A DNA stretch of 64,000 bases from positions 54,350-118,349 of the forward strand of contig UQLF01000002.1 of assembly GCA_900541875.1 (NCBI GenBank). The letters run 5' to 3'. Every line of letters begins with the position of its first letter. The stretch's first letter is position 1. This DNA comes from an uncultured Collinsella sp. GTDB lineage: Bacteria > Actinomycetota > Coriobacteriia > Coriobacteriales > Coriobacteriaceae. Position numbers and translations under genes: made by a program. The notes under the pieces were generated by a model. That model was given only the letters and a program-made list of their open reading frames with translations. It had not been told where the DNA came from and made no database searches. Positions 1-9,694 of this stretch are shown piece by piece.

Positions 1-1158
1 TCGTCTGCCAACTCTGCAAAGACGGAGTTTTTGCGCCGCATGAGCCACGATCTGCGCACACCCATCAACGGCATTCGTGGCATGGTCGAGGTCGGCGATG
101 CCAATGCGGACGATTTGCAAAAGCAGATCGAGTGCCGCTCAAAGATCTGGACGGCATCGGGACTGCTGCTCGACCTTGTCAACGAGGCCCTGGATATGAG
201 TCGCCTGGAGAGCGGACAGATTGACTTGGAACTCGTGCCCGCAAATTTGGTGGCCCTCAATCGCGAGGTGTGCGATATTCTGGAGCGCCAGGCCGAGGAG
301 CGTCTGGTGACAATTATCTCCGACCAGCAGACGCTTAATCATCCCTATGCGCGGGTGAGCGTGACGCACCTCAAGCGTTTGTTGCTCAATATTGCCGGCA
401 ATGCCGTCAAGTACAACCGCCAGGGCGGCTATGTCCGCCTGGTGTGCCGCGAGGTGGAGCCAGCGGATGGCGTCCCCGTCTATGAATACACGATCGCCGA
501 CAACGGTATTGGCATGAGCGAGGAGTTCCAAAAGCACCTCTACGAGCCGTTTTGCCGCGAGGAGCAGCAGGTGGAAGGCGCTTCGTCGGGAACTGGCCTG
601 GGCGCGCCTATCGCAAAACAGCTGGTCGAGCTTATGGGCGGAACCATGAGTTTTACGAGCGTCTTGGGGCAGGGGACGACGTTTACCATCCGCCTGCCGT
701 TCGAGAAATGCAAACGCTCCGAGATTCCTCAGGCAGTTCGCGTGGATGGGGGCGATGGCGATGCGCTCCAGGGCTTGCGCGTTTTGCTCGTAGAGGATAA
801 CGATCTGAATGCCGAGATCGCGCAGTTTACGCTCAGCCGTGTCGGTGCCATCGTGACGCATGCTAAGGATGGTGAGTCTGCCGTCGAGATGTTTACCGCG
901 AGCGCACCGCACGAGTACGACGTGGTGTTGATGGACATCATGATGCCTGGCATCGATGGCCTTGAGGCCACGCGTCAGATTCGAGCACTCGATCGCGAGG
1001 ATGCCGCGACCACGCCGATTATCGCCGTGAGTGCCAACGCCTTTGCCGACGACCGTAGGCTTTCGCGTGAGGCGGGCATGAACGCGCACCTGAGCAAACC
1101 TGTGAGCTCGCAAGAGCTCGTCGAGGCGCTAGCGCACATCGCCGCCGACGCTTCATAA
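1..1158 (+). CDS. hybrid sensor histidine kinase, 5' end truncated by the window edge (HisKA H-box, HATPase_c, C-terminal receiver)
   Basis: The frame is open from nt 1. H-box FLRRMSHDLRTP. G-boxes DNGIGM and GTGLG. Receiver motifs LLVEDNDLN and DIMMPGIDG. Confidence 0.85.
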   Translation, partial: SSANSAKTEFLRRMSHDLRTPINGIRGMVEVGDANADDLQKQIECRSKIWTASGLLLDLVNEALDMSRLESGQIDLELVPANLVALNREVCDILERQAEERLVTIISDQQTLNHPYARVSVTHLKRLLLNIAGNAVKYNRQGGYVRLVCREVEPADGVPVYEYTIADNGIGMSEEFQKHLYEPFCREEQQVEGASSGTGLGAPIAKQLVELMGGTMSFTSVLGQGTTFTIRLPFEKCKRSEIPQAVRVDGGDGDALQGLRVLLVEDNDLNAEIAQFTLSRVGAIVTHAKDGESAVEMFTASAPHEYDVVLMDIMMPGIDGLEATRQIRALDREDAATTPIIAVSANAFADDRRLSREAGMNAHLSKPVSSQELVEALAHIAADAS

Positions 1159-1162
1159 GCAT

Positions 1163-1200
1163 ATGGCCCGGTTCCAAGGTGGGTCGGAACCGGGCCATAT
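1163..1200. terminator. bidirectional intrinsic terminator hairpin between convergent genes
   Basis: ATATGGCCCGGTTCC-N10-GGAACCGGGCCATAT is a perfect 15-bp stem. It is followed by a T-rich tract. Confidence 0.6.
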
Positions 1201-1228
1201 TGCTATTTGTGAGTTTTGCTTTTGAGAC

Positions 1229-1708
1229 TTACTTTTCCTGAATCTGCTTGCCGCAAAGATGCTCAATCGTAATCTCGTAGAGCTGGACGCCCTTGATGTC
1301 CTTGGCGATTTCCTCTTCGACTTCCTCGGCAGAAGGGTAGTACTTAAGGGCGAGCTGGCGGACTTTGTCTTCGATAAACGCGGGAGTGTCGTTCGCCAGG
1401 CGACAACGGCCAAAGACGACGGTGCTCATAACGTAGGGAGCCCAGTCACCGTCCTTGTACCACTCGTTGCCGTAAACGGTAAAGCAGACCTTGTCATCGC
1501 GCTTGAGTGAATCGACCTTGTGGCCAGCCTTGGCGCCATGGAAATAAATCTTGTCGTGCTCGGCGTCAAAGAAGTAGTTGACGGGAATGGCATAGGGGTA
1601 GCCATCATCGCCGTTGACGGCAAAGACGCCGCGCTTGCAGGTAGCGAGCAGTTCGCGCGCTTCCTCGTCAGTGATGGCGCGTTTCTTTCGACGTAAGGGC
1701 CTAAACAT
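1229..1708 (-). CDS. pyridoxamine 5'-phosphate oxidase family FMN-binding protein (NimA-like)
   Basis: 159 aa starting MFRPLRRKKRAITDEEARELL. The fold signature is VFAVNGDDGYPYAIPVNYFFD. The start was chosen at the ATG at 1708. Confidence 0.7.
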   Translation of the reverse strand: MFRPLRRKKRAITDEEARELLATCKRGVFAVNGDDGYPYAIPVNYFFDAEHDKIYFHGAKAGHKVDSLKRDDKVCFTVYGNEWYKDGDWAPYVMSTVVFGRCRLANDTPAFIEDKVRQLALKYYPSAEEVEEEIAKDIKGVQLYEITIEHLCGKQIQEK

Positions 1709-1750
1709 CGTTGGCTTCCTTTCTGGTCGTGCGTGGTGGTTGAGCACAAA

Positions 1751-4561
1751 CTATAGCGAAACGGATCCGTTTTTCTTGATGCGGGCGAGTATGTTTTTGA
1801 GCTTGTTAAAGTCGAGCGGTTTGGACAGATGGGCGTTCATGCCGGCGTCGTGTGCCGCCTTGGCGTCCTCGGCAAAGGCATTGGCGGTGAGCGCGATGAT
1901 GGGGATATCGGCTGCATCGACCTTCTCGCTCAGGCGAATCGCGCGGGCTGCCTCGTAACCGTCCATGTCCGGCATCATAATGTCCATCAGGATCGCATCG
2001 AAGCTGCCGGCGGGATGCGACAGGTACAGATCGACGACCTCGTTGCCGTTGGCGGCGCGGGTGACCACGACGCCCTCGGATTCTAGCAGCGCCTGGGCAA
2101 TCTCGGCGTTCAATTCGTTGTCTTCGGCGAGCAGCACGTTCATGTTGGCGAGCGAGCAGTCGAGCGTACTCTCAACCGTATTCGCCCGCGCCTGGGGATT
2201 CTTGTCGATATCGAGCGGAATTTCCACGTAGAACGTGGTGCCCACATGGAGCTCGCTGGTGACTTCGATGGTGCCGCCCATCAGTTCAATAAGCGACTTG
2301 ACGATTGGCATGCCCATGCCGGTTCCTTGGAACTTGCTGCGCGCATCGTTACCTTCTTGGGCAAACGGCTCATAGATATGTTTTAAGAATTTGGGAGTCA
2401 TGCCAATGCCGGTATCCGAAACGCTAAAGCAAAAGAGCGCGCGCCCGTTATCGAGTGGCTTGGTCTTTGAGCTAAAGGTGACGGAGCCGCCGTGCTTGTT
2501 GTACTTAATGCTGTTGTCTAACAGGTTGATCATGATCTGTCGGATATGGGTGGGACTGCCGACCATGTATGGCCCCGTGGTGTATGGCAGACTATTGTCC
2601 TGCATGGTGATGCCGTTATCGGATGCGCGGAGCTTGCACAGAACCAGCGTATTGTCACAGAGCTCTTTGAGGTTAAAAGGCGCATGTTCCAGTGTTATCT
2701 TGCGGTCTTCGATTTTGCCCATCTCGAGGATGTCGTTAATCAGCGAGAGCAGGTGATTGGCGGCAACACGAGCCTTGGCGCGGCTTTCGCGGGCGACCTG
2801 GATATCGCCTTCCTTCAATTCCTCGATATCGATAAGGCCCAGGATGCCGTTGAGCGGCGTACGGATGTCGTGGCTCATGCGCGTGAGGAATGCCGTCTTA
2901 GCGGCGTTGGCGGCGTCGGCTTTTTCGCGCTCGGTTCGAGCGCGCACGAGCGCCCAGATGAGCAGGACGATGCTGACCGACAACATACCGATGAGGGTGG
3001 AGGCAACGGCGGTGCGGTTGCGATAAAGGAATTGAAGCGTGTTGGATTCCTGGGCCGTGTACGACGTAGAGGAGTAATTGCTTGCGGAGAGCGATTCTCC
3101 GGCATTGATGATGCCCTTGTTGATGATTCCCAGCAGCTCAGGCTTTCCGCGCGAAATCCAGCACGAGAGCTCGCAGGTGTCAGGGAGCTCGACCGTCTCG
3201 CAGTCCTCGAGATCATAACGATCGCCGAGGGTTTTTACGCGTGAACTGGGAGCGACGACGCAGCGCGCCGTTCCCCTCCTGAGGGCGTCGAACGCTTCAT
3301 CGTCGGATCGGTATTCGGTCACGGTCGCTGTGGGGAACAGACTTTCAAGTACGTTTCGGTTGATAAACGATGATTTGGTGCAGGCGATGTTCTGAAGGTC
3401 TTTGTTCAGGTTGCTTCCGCTGTGGATGGCGGTGAGGGATATGGTCCCCAACGATACCGACTGCACAACGCCTGATTGCTCGGCAAACCAGTAATCTCGG
3501 TATACCGGCAGCGCGACGTCTATGCTTCCCTTTGACAGGGCCTTTGACATCATCTTGTAGCTATCAAAGGCGACGGTTTTGACCGTAATGCCAAATTTAT
3601 CGTGCAACGTCGTCGCAAGCGATGCGAGCGAGCCTTCCATTTTGCCGTCTTCGTCTTCGTTGCAGTAGGGGAGTTTGCCCGTAATGTAGCCGAGCGTGAT
3701 GGTGCTGTTGTTCGCCTTGAGCCAGGCGCGCTCATCGCCGGTGAGCGAGGATGATCCGCTGTTTTGCGCTGAATAGTTCGATTTGACCTCGTCGTTATAG
3801 CGGGGGTTGACGCGGTTGATTGCCGCCATTGCGGAGTTGATGTTGTCCATCAGGTCGGGGCGGCTTTTGGGAACGGCAAAGTAGTAGTCGCTCGAACCGA
3901 CGTAGAACATAGGCGACGCCTCGGGCGACGAAATGGTGTCGTTCATGATGATGGCGTCGACCTCGCCGTTTGCGAGCGCGTCAAAGAGAACGGAGCCTCC
4001 GTCATACTCCCTGTATGTGCAGGCGATTCCCTCGTTGGCGAGCCACTGCTGGCCGACGATGGTTTGCATAACACCGTAGTTGTAACCGATGGTGAGACCC
4101 TGGAGTGCTTGAGGGTCACCCTTGGCCAGGTCGTCACGGTCGGGCCTGGCGTAGATGTAGTAGCGCTCGGTGCCCTCAGGGTTCGAGGAAAAGAGCAGCT
4201 TTTGGGCGCGTTCCTCGGAGTAGGAGATGTTGGGCATGAGGTCGATCTCGCCTGCCTCGAGCATGTCCATAAGCTCGGTGAAGGTGCCGGAGACGTATTC
4301 GTACCGCCAGCCGGGCGTGTAGTACGACAGGGTCTGGAGGTACTCGTAACCCCATCCCGAGAGACGCTCGCCGGGGGTGCCGTCCTGGAAGCCCTCGTTG
4401 TTGACAAGCCAACCAACGCGGACCGTTTTGACCTGCTGATCGGTATTGGCGGCATAGGCGGGGGCGGGCATGATGGTGCTCAGCACGGCGAGCACGGCAA
4501 GCGCGACGGCCAAGGTGCGATATATAACTGAACGAAGGACAGCGGAAGCTCTCACATGCAA
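1751..4561 (-). CDS. hybrid sensor histidine kinase with signal peptide, two periplasmic solute-binding (SBP_bac_3-like) domains, TM segment, HisKA, HATPase and receiver (BvgS/EvgS-like architecture)
   Basis: N-terminal signal peptide ...MPAPAYA. H-box FLTRMSHDIRTPLNGILG. DTGIGM and GTGMG. Receiver motifs LLAEDNELN and DIMMPDMDG. Confidence 0.85.
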   Translation of the reverse strand: MHVRASAVLRSVIYRTLAVALAVLAVLSTIMPAPAYAANTDQQVKTVRVGWLVNNEGFQDGTPGERLSGWGYEYLQTLSYYTPGWRYEYVSGTFTELMDMLEAGEIDLMPNISYSEERAQKLLFSSNPEGTERYYIYARPDRDDLAKGDPQALQGLTIGYNYGVMQTIVGQQWLANEGIACTYREYDGGSVLFDALANGEVDAIIMNDTISSPEASPMFYVGSSDYYFAVPKSRPDLMDNINSAMAAINRVNPRYNDEVKSNYSAQNSGSSSLTGDERAWLKANNSTITLGYITGKLPYCNEDEDGKMEGSLASLATTLHDKFGITVKTVAFDSYKMMSKALSKGSIDVALPVYRDYWFAEQSGVVQSVSLGTISLTAIHSGSNLNKDLQNIACTKSSFINRNVLESLFPTATVTEYRSDDEAFDALRRGTARCVVAPSSRVKTLGDRYDLEDCETVELPDTCELSCWISRGKPELLGIINKGIINAGESLSASNYSSTSYTAQESNTLQFLYRNRTAVASTLIGMLSVSIVLLIWALVRARTEREKADAANAAKTAFLTRMSHDIRTPLNGILGLIDIEELKEGDIQVARESRAKARVAANHLLSLINDILEMGKIEDRKITLEHAPFNLKELCDNTLVLCKLRASDNGITMQDNSLPYTTGPYMVGSPTHIRQIMINLLDNSIKYNKHGGSVTFSSKTKPLDNGRALFCFSVSDTGIGMTPKFLKHIYEPFAQEGNDARSKFQGTGMGMPIVKSLIELMGGTIEVTSELHVGTTFYVEIPLDIDKNPQARANTVESTLDCSLANMNVLLAEDNELNAEIAQALLESEGVVVTRAANGNEVVDLYLSHPAGSFDAILMDIMMPDMDGYEAARAIRLSEKVDAADIPIIALTANAFAEDAKAAHDAGMNAHLSKPLDFNKLKNILARIKKNGSVSL

Positions 4562-4647
4562 TCCTAACGAATCGAGACATTACCGCATAAGGATACCAGC
4601 TCAGCCTGCCCAGTCGGCAGCTGCACCGCTAAACGGTCCCGCCCGGC

Positions 4648-4703
4648 AGTCATTGGGGACGTTCTTGTTTGACTAGTCATTTAAGAACGTCCCCAATGAC
4701 TAG
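4648..4703. repeat. palindromic repeat family 1, copy A (AGTCATTGGGGACGTTCTT-N4-GACTAGTC-N4-AAGAACGTCCCCAATGACT)
   Basis: A perfect 19-bp inverted-repeat arm pair around a GACTAGTC core. The same element recurs at 18641-18700 and 63182-63237. Confidence 0.85.
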
Positions 4704-4772
4704 TTCCGTTTGCTGGGGAGGCGTGGGACAATACCGAGCGAACGTGATTGGTTGTCCGTGGAAGGGGTCGCG

Positions 4773-5198
4773 ATGAAAAAGCTCAGGACGCTTGCCGACG
4801 TGTTGCGCCAGGCTGGCTTTGCGCGCATCACGGGTCTGTTTCTTATCTTCTATCTGCTGTGCTCGACGGCTGTCTGGCTGTCCGAGCCCACGACCCTCAC
4901 GTTTGGCGATGGCCTGTGGTTTAGCTTTGAGACGGTCTCGACCATCGGCTTTGGCGATATTCCGGCCGAGACACCGGTTGCCCGCGCCATTACCGTCGTC
5001 TTGAGCGTCATCAGCATCTTCTACATCGCCATGCTCACGGGCGTGGCGGTGAACTACTGCAATACGCTCATCAAGATGCGCCAAAAGGACACCATGGCGC
5101 GCTTTATGGACGATCTTGAGCATTTGGAAGAGCTCGATCGTGACGAGCTTGCCGACCTATCGCGTCGCGTGCGCGAGTATCGTCGACGCCAGCGCTAG
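4773..5198 (+). CDS. two-TM potassium channel (KcsA/Kch-like)
   Basis: Selectivity filter TVSTIGFGD between two hydrophobic helices. RBS GAAGGGG before the ATG at 4773. Confidence 0.75.
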   Translation: MKKLRTLADVLRQAGFARITGLFLIFYLLCSTAVWLSEPTTLTFGDGLWFSFETVSTIGFGDIPAETPVARAITVVLSVISIFYIAMLTGVAVNYCNTLIKMRQKDTMARFMDDLEHLEELDRDELADLSRRVREYRRRQR

Positions 5199-5234
5199 AA
5201 CGGGCGCCGTGCGTCACGACGAGGGGGACTGAAT

Positions 5235-5768
5235 ATGAATATCACCGTGTATCTGGGTGCCAGTGCCGGCAATGACCCGGCATTTCTGCCTGCGGTGCAA
5301 GAACTGGGCAACTGGATTGGCTCCAACGGGCACGCGCTGGTGTACGGCGGCTCCAAGTCGGGCCTGATGGGTGCGCTTGCCGATAGCGTGCTCGATGCTG
5401 GCGGACATGTGACGGGCGTTGAGCCGAGCTTTTTTATCGAGGCCGAGTTTCAGCACGACGGAATCGACGACCTTATCGTGACGAGTGATATGGCCGAGCG
5501 CAAAGCCAAGATGATTGAGCTCGGCGATGCATTCATCGCCTTTCCCGGTGGGACGGGCACGCTCGAGGAGATTGCCGAGGTTATGTCCGCGGTGTCGTTG
5601 GGGCACCTGAGTGCTCCGTGCATCCTGTATAACCTGGACGGTTACTACAACGACCTCAAGGCGCTGCTCGGGCACATGATTGATAAGGGGCTTTCGAGCC
5701 CGAGGCGACAGCACGGCATCTACTTTGCCGACGATTTGCGCGAGATTGCCTCGATTATCAACGGATAA
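5235..5768 (+). CDS. LOG family protein (cytokinin riboside 5'-monophosphate phosphoribohydrolase-like, TIGR00730)
   Basis: Motifs VYGGSKSGLMG and AFPGGTGTLEE. Confidence 0.85.
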   Translation: MNITVYLGASAGNDPAFLPAVQELGNWIGSNGHALVYGGSKSGLMGALADSVLDAGGHVTGVEPSFFIEAEFQHDGIDDLIVTSDMAERKAKMIELGDAFIAFPGGTGTLEEIAEVMSAVSLGHLSAPCILYNLDGYYNDLKALLGHMIDKGLSSPRRQHGIYFADDLREIASIING

Positions 5769-5893
5769 GTCTTGAGCCTGCCCCACTATGACTCCCAATG
5801 GTGCCGTTTGCGGCGCAGACGGTTGGCTTGTCTGGGCCACACTCGCTCTACAATAAAACGTAACTATGTCGACTTTGACCGCGGGAGGACCCG

Positions 5894-7198
5894 ATGGATA
5901 ACCTTGCCAAACCCACAAACCGCGCGCTGTTTTTAGTTAGCGTTGCCGTGACCGGTGCGTTCGCAGGTGCCGCGGTCTGGTTGTTCTTTTTTGCGATGGA
6001 GCACGGTATCGACTATCTATGGACCGAGATTCCGCACGCGCTGGGTTTCGCTTCGCCCGAGCTTGCCAGCGGTCCGTTTGGCTTTTTGCCCTACCCGTTT
6101 TTTGTCTGCCTGCTGGGCGGCCTGTTAATCGGTCTGTACGAAAAGATGACAGGCACCAAGACCGATGACCTCAATCAGGTCATGGCCAAGGTCAAGCAAG
6201 ACGGGCGCTACCCGTACGACAACCTGGGCAAGCTTTCGCTCGCGGCATTGCTGCCGCTGCTGTTTGGCGGAAGTATTGGACCAGAGGCCGGCCTGACCGG
6301 CGTTATCGCGGGTCTGTGCAGCTGGGTCGGCGACCGTATGCGTCGCTTTGGCGCCGAGTTTAGGGAGCTCACGCTGCTGGGCACCCAGGCTGCCCTGACG
6401 GCGCTCTTTACCGCGCCCGTCTTTGGCTTTGTGGCACCGCTCGCCGGAAGTACTGACGGCCAGGGCGAAGACGCCGACGATGAATCCGCGTCCGGCGAGA
6501 TCACCATCAAGCTGCCCAAGGCGCAAAAGACGGTGGTCTACGGCATTGCGATTGCCGGCGGTCTGGGCACCTACCTGCTGCTCGGCCAGCTTGTGGGCGG
6601 CGGCATGGGCATGCCGAGGTTCGAGGCCGCCGTGGTGGGCAACCTGGAACTTGTCTGGCTCATTCCGCTGGCGTTGGTCGGCACCGTATGCGGTTGGCTG
6701 TACTTTGTCTCTGAGCACGCGAGCGAAGCGCTCGCCCATGCAATAGGGGAGCGTCCTGTCGTCAAGGCCATGCTAGCCGGTCTGGCGCTCGCCATCTGCG
6801 GCACGGTCCTGCCCTACACCATGTTTGCCGGCGAGACCCAGGCCGACGTGCTCATGGAGACCTATCTGACCATCCCCGCCGGCGTGCTTATCGCGACCGG
6901 TCTTGTTAAGGCCATGCTGACGCCCGCCCTCATCAACCTTGATTGGCGCGGCGGCCACTTCTTCCCGGTTATCTTCTCGGGCGTAAGCCTGGGCTATGGC
7001 CTTGCTATCCTCACCGGCGCAGATCCGGTCTTTTGCGTCGCCGTCTGCACGGCATCGACGATGGGCGCCGTCATGCGCCAGCCCATCATGGTCGTGGGCC
7101 TGCTGCTCATGTGCTTCCCGCTCAAAGGCATCGTCTGTATGATCATCGCCGCCGCCATCGCCGCCGGCATTCCGCTGCCCAAGCCGCTGCGCAAATAG
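5894..7198 (+). CDS. ClC-like chloride channel / voltage-gated chloride channel family membrane protein
   Basis: Polytopic membrane protein with GSIGPEAG (GxEGP-like) and GGHFFPVIFSG (GxFxP) motifs. There is no clean GSGIPE motif, so the family call is moderate. Confidence 0.55.
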   Translation: MDNLAKPTNRALFLVSVAVTGAFAGAAVWLFFFAMEHGIDYLWTEIPHALGFASPELASGPFGFLPYPFFVCLLGGLLIGLYEKMTGTKTDDLNQVMAKVKQDGRYPYDNLGKLSLAALLPLLFGGSIGPEAGLTGVIAGLCSWVGDRMRRFGAEFRELTLLGTQAALTALFTAPVFGFVAPLAGSTDGQGEDADDESASGEITIKLPKAQKTVVYGIAIAGGLGTYLLLGQLVGGGMGMPRFEAAVVGNLELVWLIPLALVGTVCGWLYFVSEHASEALAHAIGERPVVKAMLAGLALAICGTVLPYTMFAGETQADVLMETYLTIPAGVLIATGLVKAMLTPALINLDWRGGHFFPVIFSGVSLGYGLAILTGADPVFCVAVCTASTMGAVMRQPIMVVGLLLMCFPLKGIVCMIIAAAIAAGIPLPKPLRK

Positions 7199-7235
7199 CG
7201 CGGTTAATCGCGAGTCAACTCCAGAGGGGTACGAG

Positions 7236-8027
7236 ATGATCCTGTACTTTAGCGCGACGGGGAACAGCGAACATGTGGCGCGTCGCATTGCGGCGGCGAC
7301 AGACGACAAGGTTGTGTCGATTGAGCGTTTTGATGTCGACGCCCTTCGCCTTGTTGCGACGGAAGGCCCCTGCCAGCTGGGATTTGTTGCTCCGGTGTAT
7401 GCCTGGGGTCTGCCGACACCGATGATCGAGTTTTTGAAGAATGCCGACCTGTCGATTGCTGCCGGTGCAAAGGGCGGCGAGCGCCCCTATACGTTCTATG
7501 TTTCGACGTACGGTTCGACGACCGGCCAATCTGCCAAGTTTGCCCGCGACCTGCTGCACGAGCGTGGGCTCGAGTTAGATGCGGCGATGAGCGTCAAGAT
7601 GCCCGATACCTGGACGCCTGTTTTCGACCTGTCTGACCCTCAAAAGGTTGAGGGTATCAATAGAGCTGCCGAGGCGCAGATTGATGCCGTGATCGAGGCG
7701 GTGCGGGCACGCCGCACGGGCAACATGATGCGCCATCGCGTGCCTCTGTTTGCATCGTGCGCGTATCACGCAATTGGGCTGCCGCGCATGCAACAGACGA
7801 GCAAGTTTGCCGTCGATGCCGATCGCTGCATCGGCTGCGGCCTGTGTGCCAAGCGCTGCCCCATGGCGGCGATTGAGATGCGCGACGGCCTTCCCGTCTG
7901 GACAAAGCCGGAGTGCGCAGCCTGCCTTCGTTGCCTGCACCGTTGTCCCAAATTTGCCATCTCGCACGGTAAGCGCACGGCATCCCACGGTCAGTACAGG
8001 CATCCCAAGCCAGGTGTGAGGATGTAG
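7236..8027 (+). CDS. EFR1-family ferredoxin (flavodoxin-like N-domain plus 2x[4Fe-4S] cluster motifs)
   Basis: N-terminus MILYFSATGNSEHVA. Cluster motifs CIGCGLCAKRCP and CAACLRCLHRCP. Confidence 0.75.
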   Translation: MILYFSATGNSEHVARRIAAATDDKVVSIERFDVDALRLVATEGPCQLGFVAPVYAWGLPTPMIEFLKNADLSIAAGAKGGERPYTFYVSTYGSTTGQSAKFARDLLHERGLELDAAMSVKMPDTWTPVFDLSDPQKVEGINRAAEAQIDAVIEAVRARRTGNMMRHRVPLFASCAYHAIGLPRMQQTSKFAVDADRCIGCGLCAKRCPMAAIEMRDGLPVWTKPECAACLRCLHRCPKFAISHGKRTASHGQYRHPKPGVRM

Positions 8028-8042
8028 CGGCTGCTGGCCGCG

Positions 8043-8918
8043 CTACTTCCAAACCGCGAGCGCCGCAGTGCCCAGTACGATGAGGGCGAGACCGATGGCG
8101 CTGCGCCGCGAGACCTTTTCGTTGAATGCCAAGCGCGCAAATAGTACCGATACGACAATCGATAGTTTGTCGATCTGCACCACGACGCTCACCTGGCCTG
8201 CGGCGATGGCATAGTAATAGAGCAGCCACGATGCTCCGGTCGCGATGCCCGATGCCGCGAGAAATACGAGCTCGTAGCGGTCTACGTGCACGGCTTGGCC
8301 CATCTTGCCTTTAGCTGCCACGATTGCCCATGCCATAACCAGTACCACGCAGGTGCGGATTGCCGTGGCCAGGTTTGACTCGACGCCTTCGATGCCGATC
8401 TTAGCGAGGACGGAGGTGAGTGCTGCGAACATGGCGGCGCCGAGGGCGTAAGCGAGCCAGGTCCGGTCTTGCTGCTGCTCGGGTCCGGCGGATTGCTGCT
8501 TCTCGGTCATTAAAAACGTGCCGAGGGTAATGACGGCGGTTCCCACGAGCTTAACCGCAAGGTTGCTCGTCTCGCCAAAAAGCACGATGGCGATCAGCGC
8601 GGCGAGCACGGTGCTCATCTTGTCGACCGGTACGACCTTATTGACGTCTCCGATGCTCAACGCCTTAAAGTAACAGATCCACGAAGCGCCGGTAGCGAGT
8701 CCCGAGAGGACGAGAAAGAGCCAGGATCTGGGTTCGATGCTGCCAATGGTTCCAATGGATCCAGAAATGCCCGCCATTGCCCAGGCGAAAACGAGCACCA
8801 TGCAGGTGCGAATGGCCGTCGCGACATCGGAGTCGGTCTGCTTGATGCCGCATTTGGCCAAGATGGATGTGATGCCGGCAAAGAATGCTGACGCAAATGC
8901 TGCGACGACCCACGACAC
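8043..8918 (-). CDS. EamA/DMT family transporter
   Basis: 10-TM protein with an internal duplication of EamA-like halves. Confidence 0.8.
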   Translation of the reverse strand: MSWVVAAFASAFFAGITSILAKCGIKQTDSDVATAIRTCMVLVFAWAMAGISGSIGTIGSIEPRSWLFLVLSGLATGASWICYFKALSIGDVNKVVPVDKMSTVLAALIAIVLFGETSNLAVKLVGTAVITLGTFLMTEKQQSAGPEQQQDRTWLAYALGAAMFAALTSVLAKIGIEGVESNLATAIRTCVVLVMAWAIVAAKGKMGQAVHVDRYELVFLAASGIATGASWLLYYYAIAAGQVSVVVQIDKLSIVVSVLFARLAFNEKVSRRSAIGLALIVLGTAALAVWK

Positions 8919-8986
8919 GGGTTGAGCGCCTCCTCAAAAAAGACCACGCCAGATCTATGGCGCATGTCCAATGATACCGCGCTTGC

Positions 8987-9694
8987 CTATAGGTTGCGTG
9001 CCCGGTAGACCTTGGTGCTGATGGCGCAGCTGACAGCGCCAAGGACGACCGTTGCCAGCGCGGCAATTCCTGCGCACAGGAAGCCAAGAACGGAAGGATC
9101 GGGATTCGCCCCGGCAATCATCGACATGAGCTGGTTGCTGATGGGGTTGAATGAGTTTAGCGTGACCATGATAAGGCACATGTATAGGGCGTATAGACCA
9201 ACGGATAGGCGTTGCGCCTTCATGTGTTCAAATCGAAAGAACAGAGGCAGTACCAAAAACACCGCCATGAGGGAGAAAAGCATCGATATTGCCGAGGCGA
9301 TTGCGGTCTCAAAGACGGTCTCTCCCGTGGAGGGGATACCCACGCTGTTTAAGATCGGGATGGCGACGATACTCAACAGCACGGCCGCGCACGTCATGAT
9401 GACCGAGAAAATAGTGATGCACAGGTAGCGTGCGCTGACGATGTCTTTGCGTGAGATGGGCAGCGTTGCCCGATAGCGCTCCCATCCGTTTTGGTTGTCG
9501 AGCCCGGCCAGCGACCTCATGGCCATGATGGGCGACATGGCACTGATCGCGAAGGCGCCGGCGGCGCTCATATCGGAATCACCATTCGATGCCCTGACGG
9601 CGGTCAGCACGACGAAGATGAACAGGCCGACACCTGCGATGCTCGGGACGAGCGTGCGAACGATGGCAAGCTCGGACATAATGGCGCGTTTCAT
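8987..9694 (-). CDS. ABC-2 family transporter permease
   Basis: Six-TM hydrophobic protein. Its start overlaps the stop of the upstream ABC ATPase gene (9691-9694). Confidence 0.6.
   Translation of the reverse strand: MKRAIMSELAIVRTLVPSIAGVGLFIFVVLTAVRASNGDSDMSAAGAFAISAMSPIMAMRSLAGLDNQNGWERYRATLPISRKDIVSARYLCITIFSVIMTCAAVLLSIVAIPILNSVGIPSTGETVFETAIASAISMLFSLMAVFLVLPLFFRFEHMKAQRLSVGLYALYMCLIMVTLNSFNPISNQLMSMIAGANPDPSVLGFLCAGIAALATVVLGAVSCAISTKVYRARNL

Noticed and set aside
4677-5123. Track ORFs ending in ...VIGDVLK (also 18172-18696 and 18674-18955)
   Set aside because: The shared peptide arises from translating palindrome family 1. These ORFs span intergenic regions and repeat elements and are not genes.
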